Below the pieces are notes generated by a model. That model had not been told where the DNA came from. It worked only from the letters and a program-made list of their open reading frames with translations, and did no database searches. This document shows, one piece after another, positions 1-13,348 of a stretch of DNA of 64,000 nt (the first letter of the stretch is position 1; every line of letters begins with the position of its first letter). The position numbers and the translations under genes are program-made. Source of the DNA: Catajapyx aquilonaris (Eukaryota); the NCBI GenBank assembly GCA_000934665.2, contig KZ538585.1:1-64000 (forward strand), read 5' to 3'.

Positions 1-691
1 CGGCGGAATAAAAGTACTGAAACAAGACAGGCGCACGTAAGACCTTCACCAATTGATTTAAGCTGTACCATAGGTCTTACTCAAGCAATTCTCAAGTCCG
101 GTGTGGAACGGCTCGTAAAATGACTGCTGCAAACTACTCAGAACAGTATACGTAGGATTTAATCATGAAAAAAATTGGGAAAAAACTAAACCCATTCTAA
201 CAGACTTGGTCCAATCGAAAGAGACCCTCTAAAATTCACCAATTAACGTTTATAAGTGAAAAATTAAACGTTAGAGTTAAAATCAGCATGTAAAAGAGGT
301 GACGATTCTGCATAAATGTTTCATAGCAATAATTTGCATAATCGCATAGAAATTCAATGTGCTTAATATTGAAGTTCCTATTTCATAAAACACTATATAT
401 GGAGTGGCTCATGGAAAAGTAATGGGTGGAATTTTCGTCATACTACTATTATTACTATTAACTATAGGTCTGTAGTTACTGCTAACTTATAGCAGTACCA
501 TTGCACTACACTGGTACTGCTAAGTTAGAAGTAACTAGTAGTACGACAGAAATTCCACAAATTTGTTTTCAGAAAGGAGATTTCATGAGCAGTAAATTGG
601 TAATTGCTTGAGTAAGACCTATGGTACAGCTTAAATCAATTGGTGAAGGTCTTACGTGCGCCTGCCTTGTTTCAGTACTTTTATTCCGCCG
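1..691. repeat. Inverted repeat pair of at least 90 bp (1-90 vs 602-691), probable MITE or DNA-transposon fragments; left copy runs off the window
   Basis: 1-90 is the reverse complement of 602-691 with one mismatch. Confidence 0.85.
424..558. mobile_element. Short hairpin MITE family A, copy 1
   Basis: Ends GGGTGGAATTTTCGTC...GACAGAAATTCCAC; the internal GCTAACTT/AAGTTAG arms match the copies at 52494 and 62663. Confidence 0.7.
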
Positions 692-1168
692 CGGAGGTCT
701 TACTTCTCTTTTTTTTACTGAAGGGAAAGTTTTTGATCTAATTATACATATGCATGTGACCGTGGCGGTAATGGATGACTGACTAGTCTGACTGAATGAA
801 TGAATGAATGAATGATTAACAAATAAATACATAAATAAATGAATCAACATGATGGTAAACCACACGGTCCAGAGTCCGACAATAGGAAAAGTTGTGAATA
901 GTTTGCCTAAGCAACCGGTTGATGTGGAAGCAATAGGTTTGCTGCTGCTGGTGGTGAACAAATCCGCAACACGTGGATTTGAGCGGTATACCGTAATAGC
1001 ATGTAAATATAAATAGGACCGTCACGTTGTATCGAGCGCAATTACCTGTGTAAGTCTACTTGCCAGTTCCGAACAGATATCTCTTTTTTTCTGTTTCTCT
1101 TCCCCCCCCCCCCCCCCCTTTTGTATATTAATTCTCCCACGATGATCCGCCCTGCAATGTGCGCAACG

Positions 1169-1295
1169 TGACGTCAGAGAGGGCAACGTTTCGAAATCGC
1201 CGGCACGTGTATGGCACTTTGGCGGGAATAAACACATCACACACACACACACACAGAGACCCCTCGAGACGGGTGTGTCGAACACAACATCAGTC
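1169..1295 (+). promoter_or_regulatory. Candidate Pol II promoter: CRE, E-box and arthropod-type initiator
   Basis: TGACGTCA 1169-1176, CACGTG 1204-1209, Inr TCAGTC 1290-1295, followed by a consensus donor 77 nt after the Inr A. Confidence 0.55.
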
Positions 1296-1368
1296 GCAGT
1301 TATACGAGTCAGACGCAGGCTACTGTATACGTCAGATGGGTCCGTAGAACGTCCCGAAAGAATTCGCG
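1292..1368 (+). other. Candidate non-coding first exon
   Basis: Starts at the Inr A (1292) and ends at GCG|GTGAGT (donor 1369). Its only ATG opens a 3-codon uORF (ATG GGT CCG TAG). Confidence 0.5.
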
Positions 1369-1429
1369 GTGAGTTTGCGGATTTTTTCGCGCGATATTAG
1401 ACAGTTGCTTTTAGTGTGCCATCGTAAAT

Positions 1430-1810
1430 ATCAACTACTTTAGTCAAAAATTACAACTACTATTAGTCAAACCTTAGTCGAAATTTGCTAATACAGCAGT
1501 AGCCAAAATAGTAACTACAGTAATATCAGTCAGAATTAACTAACATCAGTCAAAACTTAGCTATTACAGTAGTCAGAATAGTGACGTACATTACTTCAAA
1601 ATTAACTGATGCAGCAGCCAAAATAGTCACTTATAACTATATTAGTAAAAAATTAAATCGATACAAGTCAAAACGTTAACTAGTATCAGTCAAAACCTGG
1701 TTAATACAGTAGCCAAAAATAATAACTTTCACTAGTCAAAAGTTAACTAATGCATAGTCAGAATAGTGACATATTAGTCCAAAATTCACTACTTATAGTC
1801 AAAAATATTG
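1430..1810. repeat. Degenerate AT-rich minisatellite (TAGTCAAAA/TAACTA motifs)
   Basis: Recurrent AGTCAAAA and TAACTA words at roughly 20-bp spacing. Confidence 0.7.
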
Positions 1811-2604
1811 GCCGATATTAATAATTGGTTTGCGATTTTGAGTTGTTTTTTTTTGCAATAAGCTTATTACTCGATCAAGAACTGTCTATATCGCAGAAAC
1901 GAAAAATTGCACGACTTTGGTGCAACCTGACACATTGTTGCCATTGTGACGTCAGGAATATTTTCCGACTGTATGAAAATTTGCGAATATTTTCTGCAGC
2001 TTTTTTAAAAAAAAGTTTAGGAGTAATTAAGAAGCATCTTAGTGGCCCCAAACTGCTGTTAAAATATTAGTTGGCTTCACGCCCTGTCCATTCATTAAAC
2101 CCCGAATTGTTGTGGGTGTGAGCCTCTCTCTAATTGGTCCGCATGCTCTTGGAAGCCCATAGGTCCCCTTTCAAAAAGCGTCGATATTTTCACCACCACC
2201 ACACCCCAACCCTCCACACAAAAACCGCTTTTCTTTCTGGTAATTAGCGCGCCAAATCACACACCCTCTGAATGGAGGGGTTGGCCTCCCAACACTTTTT
2301 GTGCGTATATCCATGTTGTACAACAGTTTTGTTGCGCTAGCTGGAATTTTCCGGAGCCTAATTGGAATCCGGGTATACAGCCCAGGATGGAAAATATATA
2401 TATATATCAGCCGGCGTTTAAAAAGCGATAAGATACACACTGTATTGTAATATATGCTCTTGTTATTCTGGATCTGCGCAGTGTTTTTCTCCCCGTCTAC
2501 GAATCGAGTTTGAGAATCTACATACGGTTCGGAAAATATTGGCCAACATTTACGAGCACTGCTGTTGCTTACCCCCGAATACCAACTGATCAACTACAGA
2601 TTTT

Positions 2605-2880
2605 TTTTCATTAGCTCAACCGAGTGCGCAACACCATTCGCGCACGGTTGTCCTTATATCAATGATACCTAGTAAGCTCTCTATGTTGTTTATAAGCGAT
2701 GAACGTATTTCCAACGCTACGATTGGTGGTGGGCACAAATTGGCCAACGTTTGCGACGTTTTCAAGGTTCTGAACGAACTTCAATGCGAATTATTATTTG
2801 GCTCCTGGTGAGAACGTTGTTGTCAGAATGATGGAGCTGCGCGAATGTGGGTGCGCACTCGGTTGCGCTCGTCAAAAATC
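2605..2880. mobile_element. MITE family B, copy 1
   Basis: Imperfect TIRs CAACCGAGTGCGCAACACCATTCGCGCA / TGCGCGAATGTGGGTGCGCACTCGGTTG; internal TATTTCCAACGCTACG shared with the copies at 49720 and 63381. Confidence 0.75.
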
Positions 2881-2990
2881 ATACACAGAATTCACAATCC
2901 GTGACTCCACCCCGTAGGTTGGCCTAGGTGCTATTATAGCTTTCACTTTCCCAGAACAATTAGAGGGCAGTATAGCGTCCCGGTGGACTT

Positions 2991-3075
2991 TGTCCGCTCG
3001 GTGACTCATCACCAACGTGCATATAGTACAACTTCCCACATGAGAGTGGCAGTAGGGTGCAGAGGGAGAGCCTAT
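2991..3075. mobile_element. Fragment of dispersed repeat family C (Helitron-like), inverted relative to the 36733 copy
   Basis: TGTCCGCTCGGTGACTCATCA and TGAGAGTGGCAGTAGGGTGCAGAGGG are near reverse complements of segments in 36770-36850. Confidence 0.6.
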
Positions 3076-5984
3076 GTGCCAACTGGTAGTGGCCTATCGC
3101 ACTACGTCCAAGTTGGGGAGTGAGCCAAGCAGTGTTGCCAAAATTAGTGTTAGCTATAATAGTTCACAGGTTGCAGCTGGTTGCTGGGGTAAACTTTGCC
3201 GTCTCCGAAGGTACAGCATCCTTTTTACCCCCCCTGGATAATAAGTAAGACATCAGCTGTTTAAGTGACTGGACCAAATCCGGTTGGTCGTATTGGTTCT
3301 CGACCTTGAAGGGACAGGGTTGCCAACTTCGGAAAAATGGGTTACAAGGTCTGGTTGTACGTATTACACGTATTATGTTTAATATGTGTGTTGGTTGCAT
3401 TCCGATCCTACCACATGCCCGGACCCTCCAACCGGTTTCCTGTACCGTTACGCATTCCTCCTCCTGGATGAGCGGAGTAGTTGTCCAGATGCACGAGATG
3501 GCGCCTGCTGCACCTGTACAGTTGAGGGCATGCTTACTTGAGAAATTCAGTTAGCACCACCGAGCAGGAAGTGTGTAGCAGTGACCATGGGTTGAATAAC
3601 GGAGAGACGAAAATTCGATGTCCCACCAGTGGTCAAATCCAGCAAAATATTGTTCTCAAGTGAGCAGGCCTTCTAGTATAGAACGTGTGTCGACCTTGAA
3701 CTGATGTTTATCCTGACTGTTCAGGGCAAGCCCGTCGAGCAGGGTTGCGCGCAAGTGAAGCCTGACACTCAGGATAAACCAGGCTCGGGTTGCCAATGAT
3801 AGGAAATTGAAGTAACTTTGGTGCTAGCAACGCTGCTGGCCACCCTCAGCAGCTGTGCCAATCGCATCCGAAAATGTTTGAGATTCCCCCAATAATAAAA
3901 GCGCATTTTGAATTCGAGTGTGTCGTGCGTGTGATGTGGATCGTGTCGCCATAAATGTAATGACCCACCTTCCAAAATAGAGAGGGGTCGTTGCGCCCTC
4001 AGGAGGAGGCCCATAATTTGGCAACCTTTTTCACCACTGGTCTAGCTGTGACATAGGCACAGATTTTGGCCGATTTTTCCCCCCCCCTGACCTCCCCTTT
4101 TCCCACAAAAAATCTGGCCTGGTTCCACCTGCATGAGCATTTTCTGGCAACTTGGCCCACCCACCCCCCACTTTTCAATGCAAGTTTTCTGCTCCGATGG
4201 GTTTCCCTGCGTGGCCATCAAGAATTAGCATGTGAAGAGACAATCACTCTCTCTCTCTCATTATGCTCTCCTCTCAAATCCATCCAATAGCCGCACCCGA
4301 GGGTTCATTTATGGGGCCTAATATGCCAATGGTGTTATGTCTGATGAGGACTTGTAAAAGAGAAAATAGAAAAAAAATGTTAATATCGAGATAAATACGG
4401 TATTGAAGATAAAAATGAAGTCTACAATTAAATACGTATAAAATAAATGGAACAAAATACTTTTATACAATATAATTAATATGTAAAATGTAACATAAAT
4501 AAATTGTATGAAATATAATCTAGTTGCTTTCTGAAAAATTAAATTTAATATAATGGTGGTCTATAAAAATAAATTAATATACAAAATATAATAATAAATT
4601 AATACGGTATATAATATAAATTTAAAATGCAGCGAATAACTACATTAATATGTAAACAAGAATATAAAATAAATATAGCCTATATTATTATTTTATATTC
4701 TTCGATTGTATATTATTTATTTATTTTAAATCAATCATATGCAAATACATAAAATCAATATACGCGTGAAATTAATTAAATATAAAATAAATGTAAAATA
4801 AATTACATAAGTGAAAACCAAGAAACAAACAAAGCTTCACTCAATCCTTGCAATGAAAGTGATGGTACAATGTTACGTGATGTTTTACTAGTACAGTAAC
4901 AATTACGCAATCATTGAAGTGTTACTAATATTAGTAAATAAAAAAAGCAAACAAAGTAAACAAAGAATTGAAATCAAAATAAACGAAATATAAACACGAA
5001 ATAAAGCAAGTTAAAGGCCCGGTCATCCTGGGTCCGCTTGTCCACTGGATTTATTACCATTATAAAGAGGTACGTGACAAAGTCGGAAGGGCGTCCAACC
5101 TCAGCCGAAATAATGTTGCGACTTCCGGTGGTGTGCGTGAGGGGACAGTGACCAGGTTTGGCGACAGATTGGCGCGAATTGCGTCATGTCAACGAACCGA
5201 CATGACAGCGCCATTTTGCATCATTTTATTGTTGTTGTTGTTCTCTATCCTTGCGTGCATAGATTGCTCGAACGGTGCGCATGGTTACACCGCAATGTGG
5301 TTGGAGGGAAGGTCAGGCAGCATGTCAACGAACGACCTCCAACACTCCGGACAACCTTGGGACCAAGCATTTTTGCGGGATTGTTGCATAAATTTGGCAG
5401 CAGTGTTGGGAGGGCATAACTCGAGCAGCGGTCCCAACTCTGACCTACTTGATTGCCTCCAGGGGGAGGGGGACTATGGGGCTACAGAGAGGGGGGGGGG
5501 GGGGGACTATGCTTTGCTTCCTCCCCAGCCCCCCTCCTCGACCACCCCAACGATAGACGAGTCTATGGGAGGGCCAGCCAGTCGGCGAGCCTTCTTTTTA
5601 ACCCGATCGATCACACACACCTCCAAAATAATTCAGGCCCCCCTTACACCTCAAATAACGCTTCAAAAATATATATAATTAGTTTGAAATTTTTGAACAC
5701 ACCAGGTGTAACACCAAGAATATTAAAACGCTCCCAAAAATGAAGGGCTCGGGTGAAAAACACGTTAACCGCCACTGCCAATTGAAATTATCACATACAG
5801 TATTTAATATTGCTAATCCTATAGTTATAGTATATTAAAACGCCTGCGCCATGCCGTGCCACTATATGATTTAGGAGTGAAGCAGCGTGCGCCACCTACT
5901 GATTTCCTTTCATAAGCTGTTAGCTGATGACTATAGTTTAGACCTAATTAGCGTAGGTTAGGAAACAGGTTGCCTTATAAACCA

Positions 5985-6032
5985 AATCTGGACAAGCAAG
6001 CAAACAAACAAATCTTGCCATTTATAGTAGAT
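5985..6032 (-). mobile_element. Helitron-like 5' end fragment
   Basis: Minus strand reads ATCTACTATAAATGGCAAGATTTGTTTGTTTG..TGTCCAGATTTG, matching the copy at 22997. Confidence 0.5.
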
Positions 6033-6037
6033 TAATT

Positions 6038-6478
6038 TAGGGTGAAGTGGGGGAAGTGCACACCCGGGGTAAGTGCACATATTGTGCCGCCATATTGGAA
6101 TGAAAATTATGAGAAATTATGAGAATTATTATAAAAATATGAAGAATATGAAGTATGATTGCAAGATAATATACAGTTTGAAACAATATGAAAATAATAT
6201 AGGGTGAAGTGGGGGAAGTGCACACCCGGGGTAAGTGCACATATTGTGCCGCCATATTGGAACCAAAACGCGTCAGCTATGTAGCTGCACAGTGCAGCTA
6301 CATAGCTGACGCGTTTTGGTGTCGTCAACCATTTTCATTCCAATATGGCGGCACAATATGTGCTCTTACCCCGGGTGTGCACTTCCCCCACTTCGCCCTA
6401 TATTATTTTCATATTGTTTCAAACTGTATATTATCTTGCAATCATGCTTCATATTTTTCATATTTTTATAATAATTCT
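6038..6478. mobile_element. Rearranged MITE forming a ~360-bp foldback with an extra direct TIR copy (A-B-A-C-C'-A'-B')
   Basis: Block TAGGGTGAAGTGGGGGAAGTGCACACCCGGGGTAAG... lies at 6038 and 6200 and inverted at ~6330-6400. Perfect 29-bp arms surround 6291. The AT-rich block 6121-6199 is inverted at 6401-6478. Confidence 0.85.
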
Positions 6479-7839
6479 CTCACACACACAGTCTATTATT
6501 TTACATTCGTATTTTCCATCATGCATACTGTCTTGTAGTGTATATTATTTTGTATCCATATTGTATTATTTGAGCATAGTCATGTGCAATGTGAGTCATC
6601 GAGAGTGTTCTAAGGAAGAATATTATTTTTATAAGTTTGGTTGGGGAATATTACGGTATATCTACACATTTTTTTATTTAAAACAATTCAGTTGGCATTT
6701 TGAGCGACTTGTGGATATCGGGGGAGTGCCAGAGATTGGCAGGCCTGCTCCGTGCGTGTTGCGAAAATTTAACCAATGGAAGGGGCGGGAATTCCTGGCA
6801 GCACCTATTAGGACAGAGTGAATTACGCCCTCAACTGATGGAACATTGTCAAGTCCGGAGAGGCATACCAACAGAAATTTCGGGAGGAAATTTTGAATCG
6901 TATATTTTGGTATTGCGCTTTCACAGAGCTAGAGTTATCGCGAGTTGAGCGAGAATAATTAGGCTGGATTTGGCTGATAATGCGACCAATATGCTAGATC
7001 TGGTAAGAAGTCCTTTTGAGCTGTACGTAAGAATCGAGTTCATTTTTTTTGTGGTGTATCTGGAGTGCACTCTCGCCCCTAGCAACCCCCAAATAACCCC
7101 CTAGCAAACACACTCCTAGCTGGGACTTTTCGCCAGAGAAACTCGAGCCTGATCCTAATGGGGCGGGTCAAACTACCCTGATGGGGGGGGATTTATTTGC
7201 ACGGGAGGAACCTCTTAAGTGCGCGTCATGATTGCGATTATTTCAGCGACAAGATCTGATATATGCGATGCGCATGTTTCGCAATATTGGCTAATCCAAG
7301 TGCACCGGGAAGTGCAATGCATATATGCATCAAACCGGTCTAGGAAGTAAGTTACGCGCGTGGCTTGCGTAAACCGGTCATGTGTCTAACATGAGATGCA
7401 TCATTGCAGCATCCCCCTCCCGATGCAATGCAAAAAAAAAGCAAGATGCAACCCCCCCTTCCATCAGCAATGAGAGGGCTATTCCCAGAGAGAGGGAGAG
7501 GCGTATATAGAGTTGAGAGCGTGGGTTGTTGGAAGTGGGTGGGTGGGATGGCGGTGGTGGGGGACCTCTCTGGCGGTCAATGCCTCTCTCGCAGGGGCCC
7601 CTAAACTCCAACTGGGTCACTAGAAGCACCGGCTCCAGCGACTCCCTCGGACACAATCCAAACCACTTCCAACAACACTGCTGAGCCTGCATCACTCTCT
7701 CACGGCACAGCACGTGTGTGTCTCTCTGCAACATGTTACAAAATCATATTCCGTACCAGTTGTAGTTGGCTACTGTTGGGCCACTATTAATTAACCTGCT
7801 TCATTCCAGGACATCACTGTCAAAAAAATAAATAATAAC

Positions 7840-8819
7840 ACCAATTAGTAACGGTTGCTAATAGCAACTGTCTAAAATAGCAGTTATTAGTAACTGTTTT
7901 ACTCGTTAGTTTTAGAACAGTTGTTAGTAGCCTAGCTGTTACCAATCACAGTTATTTTTATATTGAAGAAGCAACTGGTTTAGCGAGTCGCTGTAATTTT
8001 AAGACACCGGCGATTATTTACTGTTTTGCTCAGTGACATTTTTAAAACAGTTGCTAGTAGATGTTACAAATCAGTTATTTTCATATTTAAAAAAGTAACT
8101 GCCCTAGTCGCTGTTATTTTAAGACAGCAGCGATTATCTACTGTTGTATTCAGCGTTATTCTTAAAACAGTTGCTAGTAGCTGTTACAAATCACTGTTAT
8201 TTTTATATTTAAAAAGTAACTGCTCTAGTCTCTGTTATTTCAAGACAGCAGCGATTATTAACTTGTTTTGCTCAATGTTATTTTAAAATAGTTAGTAACT
8301 GCTACCAATCATTTAATTGGAGTAGAAACTGCTATTGTCGCTTTTTTACGACAACGGCGATTAGTAACTGTTACTAATAACTGCTTTTGAATAGCTGTTA
8401 ATAGTAACAGCTTTTCTCGTTGTTGTTTTAAAAGTAGTAGTTAGTAACTGCTACCAATCACTGTTATTTTCAAATTTGAGTAGTAAGCAACTGCTACAAA
8501 TAACTGATTTTGAATAGCAGTTATTGCTGGTAGTAATTTTTTACTCGCTGGAAAATAGTAATATTAGTAACTGCTATCAATCGCATTTTCAAAATTAGAA
8601 GTAGTAACTGCTCTAGTCACTATTGTTTTAAGATAACAGCAATTGGTAACTGCTGCTAAGAACTTATTTTTTTAAAAATATCAGTTTTAACTGTTGTACT
8701 CGCTGTTATTTTTTAAATCGGTAATTAGTAACTGGTACCAAGTAGGCCTACTGTTATTTCAAACTAGCCATTATTAGTTAAATGCGTATATTCGCTGTTG
8801 TTTTAAAATAGCGGTAATT

Positions 8820-8879
<60 letters not shown>

Positions 8880-8960
8880 AACTGCAACTACTGCTAACCA
8901 TTATTTTTGAAAGAGCCGTTAGTAACTGCTACTATTGACTGCTATTGTAACAGTAGCCGG
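7840..8960. repeat. Degenerate AT-rich minisatellite (AGTAACTGCT/CGCTGTTATTTT), containing (TAC)n at 8820-8879
   Basis: Repeated motifs, with a higher-order ~120-bp duplication around 7980-8290. Confidence 0.75.
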
Positions 8961-11569
8961 AAAAAGCAGCTTTTATTCTGATATTTTGTTTGGCCATAAC
9001 CTCTTGGATGTTTTAAGATCACGGCTCCAGGCCCCAGATGCAAAGTTGCGGTAGATCACCTGTGTAGCCAGCATGGGGTATTTTTTTGGCAAGGTGTTTT
9101 TTATCCGGGAAGTATAAAATGGGGCCAAAGTGGTCGCCTTTTTGTGTACAGAGCAGCAGCACCGGTGAGGAGTGTTGCACCTTGGCCCAAAGTTGGGAGC
9201 TTGGTTTATTCTTACTTTGCAAGAGCGTTGTTCACATGAACACGACGTGTGTGTGTGTGTGCCTAGTTGCTTCCAAAATACCCTTAAACTCCCGCTGGGG
9301 CATACGAAAAACTAGGTCAGGCACCCAGACCAAGTGTGTGTGTGTGTCTCTATAGTCAGAATTGCATGCCCATGCACATCCTCAGACCTGCCAACTCATG
9401 GTCATTAACCGACCGCTTTCTAAGATTAGATTAGGCAATTATGACATCAGACACTATGCGCTCCGGAACCTCATTTTTTCTTCTCATGTCGTACTGTGTG
9501 GCTGATAAACACGTGTGTTAGAATCAAACGATTAGTACAGCTACCAATCATCACTGCTACTCTAAAAATAGCAGGGGCCAAAAAAAGCTGTACTTGCAAA
9601 ATTCATATGTGGCCGTGATAGAATCCCTCTGTACTGTATTGCATTGACCTGATAAACAATGGTCGCTGCGATTAATAAGCTAAAAATAACCGCGACTAGT
9701 AGCTGCTAATAATAACCGCTACTTTAAAATAGCAGGGCCAGAAAAAGCTGCATTTGGAAAACTCATCAGCTAGGACCGCTGCTGGGCTCATTTTGACCCG
9801 ATTTTTTACAATTTTTTAAAAGTGCATAATAGCATTGAGGTGATGGCCGATTGTTTCTCCGCTTAGATCTGGCCTAGAGCCTATCCCTGATGAAGTACCA
9901 AGCGATGCTGTTGGTTCGGCCTTGTGTTATCTGGGTCATTGGCTTCACGGCAATTAGCTCCGCGCTTTTTTTTTCACACTTCACTTCTTGTCTGATGCTT
10001 TTTTTGAAGCTGAAGGGTAAGTAAAAGCATTTTTGCGGCAGGAAAAGGGGTCTCACGTGCGAGAAATTTCACAAAAAGTGTCGCGTTGAAGGACTTTTGT
10101 CACGAATCGACGGTAATACTCCCCAATTGTGGCGCTGATTGGTGCAACCCAATTGTCTATGAAATTTATTTATGAAAAAATTAAAGGTCGGTTAATTAGC
10201 GCAGTGAGGTTCCTTTAGTTAGTTGATCCAAGGTGTGGAGGTATAGAGTGTGGTAATGGCGTCTTCTGTTTGGGGATCATGCAATCCTTTTGGCCACTAA
10301 TCGAAACCAGTTATCAAACCTGGATTAAGGGTGTTTTGGGTGGGTGGGAGGGAGACCCCATAATCTGCCTGGTGGTGTGCGCATAGTTCGTTGAACTTTG
10401 GAATCTTTTCGAGGTGGTGTGGGAATAAACGATAGTGACACTTGCGCAACATCCATGCGCAACTCTCACTTTCTCTTTTCGCTAAAAAAAATGATTATAA
10501 AAAAAGTTGGTGTGAGAACCGTCAGATGCGGAAGTTAATTTTATGCCAGTTAATAATTGTCCTTGATATTAAGGGAGAGCATTTAGTGCCATGGAATTGA
10601 CACCAGATGGCAGCGCCCATCCTTGGCCACCTGTCGGCCAACCTCAGTGTCCTTAGCGACGCTTTTCGATTACTGTCCGACCCTGATCCTTTGTCCAGTC
10701 CCTGACCTCGCCCCTTCCCCGTTGAAGCAACTGACCTCCTTCGCATGTTCTATATATACACCCACGCAGAGTCTATTACGCACACACACATACACAACAT
10801 GACCCCACGCACCAACGACACGTGGCGCCGTGTGATTGGTTGGCCCTTGTTAGTAGAAGCGGAGATTGCTATCCACTAAACCTCTTCCAAACCATTTCGA
10901 AGTGGGTCAGGTCGCTGTCTCGACTTTTGCTACGGTTACAAGTATAACCCTCCTGGCAAACTGACAACATTTTTTTAAAAAAGAGGGAGGGAGTGACGTC
11001 ACAACTAGTACGAATCCAATATTAAACTCGGTTTCTTCGGTTGGGGGAAAAAATGGACAAAATTCGGTTCAAGCTGCACTGGCCGAAATTTTATTTGTCG
11101 ACTTGGCTGAAAGTCATTGCGTGACATAAGCTGATCGCATCAATCTTTTTGTCAGCTATAGTACTTTCTCTGAGGTAACTGCTACTTTTCCACTAGTCGG
11201 AAACACCCTCTATAGTGATATAGATGCTATTTTGTAAAACAATTAATTTGGAAAGGGTCATGCGTGCTGCAAGACCGCTCTTGCAATGACCCAGTTGCTT
11301 TCATAAAAGGTCGAAGCGAAGGCTCTTTCGGATTGACCTCCACCACGAGCACGTCTCGCGGGATATAGATAGCCACCAAAAGCCCCATTTGGCATCACCC
11401 AACGTCTTTTAGCTATTTCTTTTATAACCACTTATTCTTGGCCATATAGCCTTGCTCTTTAAATGCTGATTGCTAGAGCGAACAATTCGTTACGTCTTAT
11501 TCGCCTCTTTGGGACTGTCAGCAGCGTTTGTTCGAACTATATTGAGATGTCAATAATTTCACTCAGCAC

Positions 11570-12290
11570 CAAGCTGCTTAATTTTTAAGCAGTTGTTTTT
11601 CAACAGTTTCAACAGTTATTTTCGGCAGTTTTAACTAGTTATTTTTACTCTTTCAACCGTTATTTTCAATTATTTAACCAGCGATTTTAAACATTTAACC
11701 AGCAGTATGTTCACTAATGGCTTTAGCAGTTAATTATTTTAACCAGTGATTTTAAACATTTAACCAGTTATTTTTTGACATTTAACCTGATATTTTCCAC
11801 CGTTCGCAGTAGCTATACAGCAATATTTGCAATGCCTTTACAGTTACGTAATTTTAACCAGTGGTTTTCAACCGTTTGAAGCAGCTATACAGGGTGGTCC
11901 AAGTTCAAGTGTCGTTTTATAACGGCGATTAATAGCAGTGATTTTGCGATGACGTAGCAGCGACGCGTAAGTGGGCAATTTTACACGTCGCTGCTACGTC
12001 ATCGTTAAGCGCTTCTATTAATCGCCGTTATAAAACGCCACCTGAACTTGGACCACCCTGTATTTGCAAATGACTCTTAATTATAACCAGTTACATTTCG
12101 ACATTTTAACCAGCTGTTTCCTATATACGTTTTCAGACTTATTTTCAATGACTTTGGCAGTATATGTTACCTGTTACTTTTAACAGGTTTAGGCGGTTAC
12201 CTTTAACAGGGTTATTTTCGACTGCTTATAGCCGGTTATTTCAACAACTGTTTTTGAGCAGTTATTTTTCCAACAGCGACTTTCAGGCGA
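11570..12290. repeat. Degenerate minisatellite (TTTAACCAGTTATTTT) interrupted by a MITE
   Basis: Recurrent TTTAACCAG(T/C) words on both sides of 11890-12060. Confidence 0.7.
11890..12060. mobile_element. Tc1/mariner-type palindromic MITE, 171 bp
   Basis: TA-CAGGGTGGTCCAAGTTCA...TGAACTTGGACCACCCTG-TA; nearly fully self-complementary; TA target duplication. Confidence 0.88.
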
Positions 12291-12601
12291 GCTATCAGAG
12301 CAATGCCGTATTAGGTTGAGTTTGAATTGCGCAGTGTGACTTTATTTCGACCCGAATACTGCATTTGGTCCGGGTAAAAAATAAAAACAACACGTGACCG
12401 TATGTGTCTAGGTGCTGCCGGTGTTAAACTTAGAATCTTGAACCGAGTCGGACCAAAAATGGACGCAACGCCAAGCCTCTCGAAGGGTCACCAGACTGGG
12501 CTGGAAGGGGGGGAATTGACACACTTCGAGTGAGCCACGCATACGTCTATATACCCCTCTTTTGGGACACTTTTATTTTTCGACTCTTTGCCCGTCCTTA
12601 T

Positions 12602-12633
<32 letters not shown>

Positions 12634-13239
12634 CTTTTGGGCTAATTTAAGGCCCCTTAGGACAGATGCATCAAAAGAGTGGAAAAGGGGACTCGTTACA
12701 CACTGCCAGAGGGTGGGAGGGAGGGCTCCTTAACCCCAATTTGCATGTTTGAAGTCTCAAGCGGCAATGAATGTTCCTCTCTCTCTCTCTCTAAAGCCGG
12801 TGCCAGTGTAATTCAGCTCTGCCTCATCTCTTATAATAATATGATGAGGATTGCTACGAGCTGCTGCAAGTCTCATTACCTTCATGTTGGCACCCCTTCT
12901 GGGCATCACATGCATGAATCATGCAACGATGCACTCAACTCAAGCAGATCATTCATTCATTCATTGTTGTATGCATATTATTTATTTTATATACGACTGT
13001 ATATTTTATTTATTCACTATAGTTGCTTACCGTTCTTCGCTGTGGCAACAATGTTGCCATGCACATCCCGTTGCTATTGGACACCCATTGCTATATGAAA
13101 GAGTATATAGGGCGGTAGAGGGGAAGGGAAATGGGACATGCCGTGACAAACTTTGCCTTTTATATAAGATTCGATTCAATTTTCTTTTATTTATTATGCA
13201 GTATATTATCATGTTTCAATGATTTGTTAACAACGTGCA

Positions 13240-13277
13240 CTTAATTAATCGCCTTATTTTCTTCCTTTCAGGTGAGT
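13240..13277 (+). other. Recursive splice site (ratchet point) RP1, junction 13271/13272
   Basis: CTTAATTAAT (branch-like), CCTTATTTTCTTCCTTT, then CAG|GTGAGT. Confidence 0.72.
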
Positions 13278-13348
13278 ATAATTATCTGGACGTCCTGTTT
13301 TGAGTTGATTGGTGATCGTGATGCCCTCGTGATGGATTGGTGGAAGTG
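13272..13348 (+). other. Cryptic RS-exon (77 nt) downstream of RP1
   Basis: A second consensus donor, TG|GTGAGT, lies at 13349. Confidence 0.55.

Noticed and set aside
5133..5743. Longest ORF (181 aa) and overlapping ORFs
   Set aside because: No recognisable domain, built over homopolymer runs, and no supporting splice structure.
6037..6821. Duplicated 'MAAQYV..' ORFs on both strands
   Set aside because: Artefact of the foldback repeat.
9890..10022. ATG-open frame ending in phase 1 at G|GTAAGT (10017)
   Set aside because: No clear initiator, the frame runs through T homopolymers, and isolated consensus donors are expected by chance.
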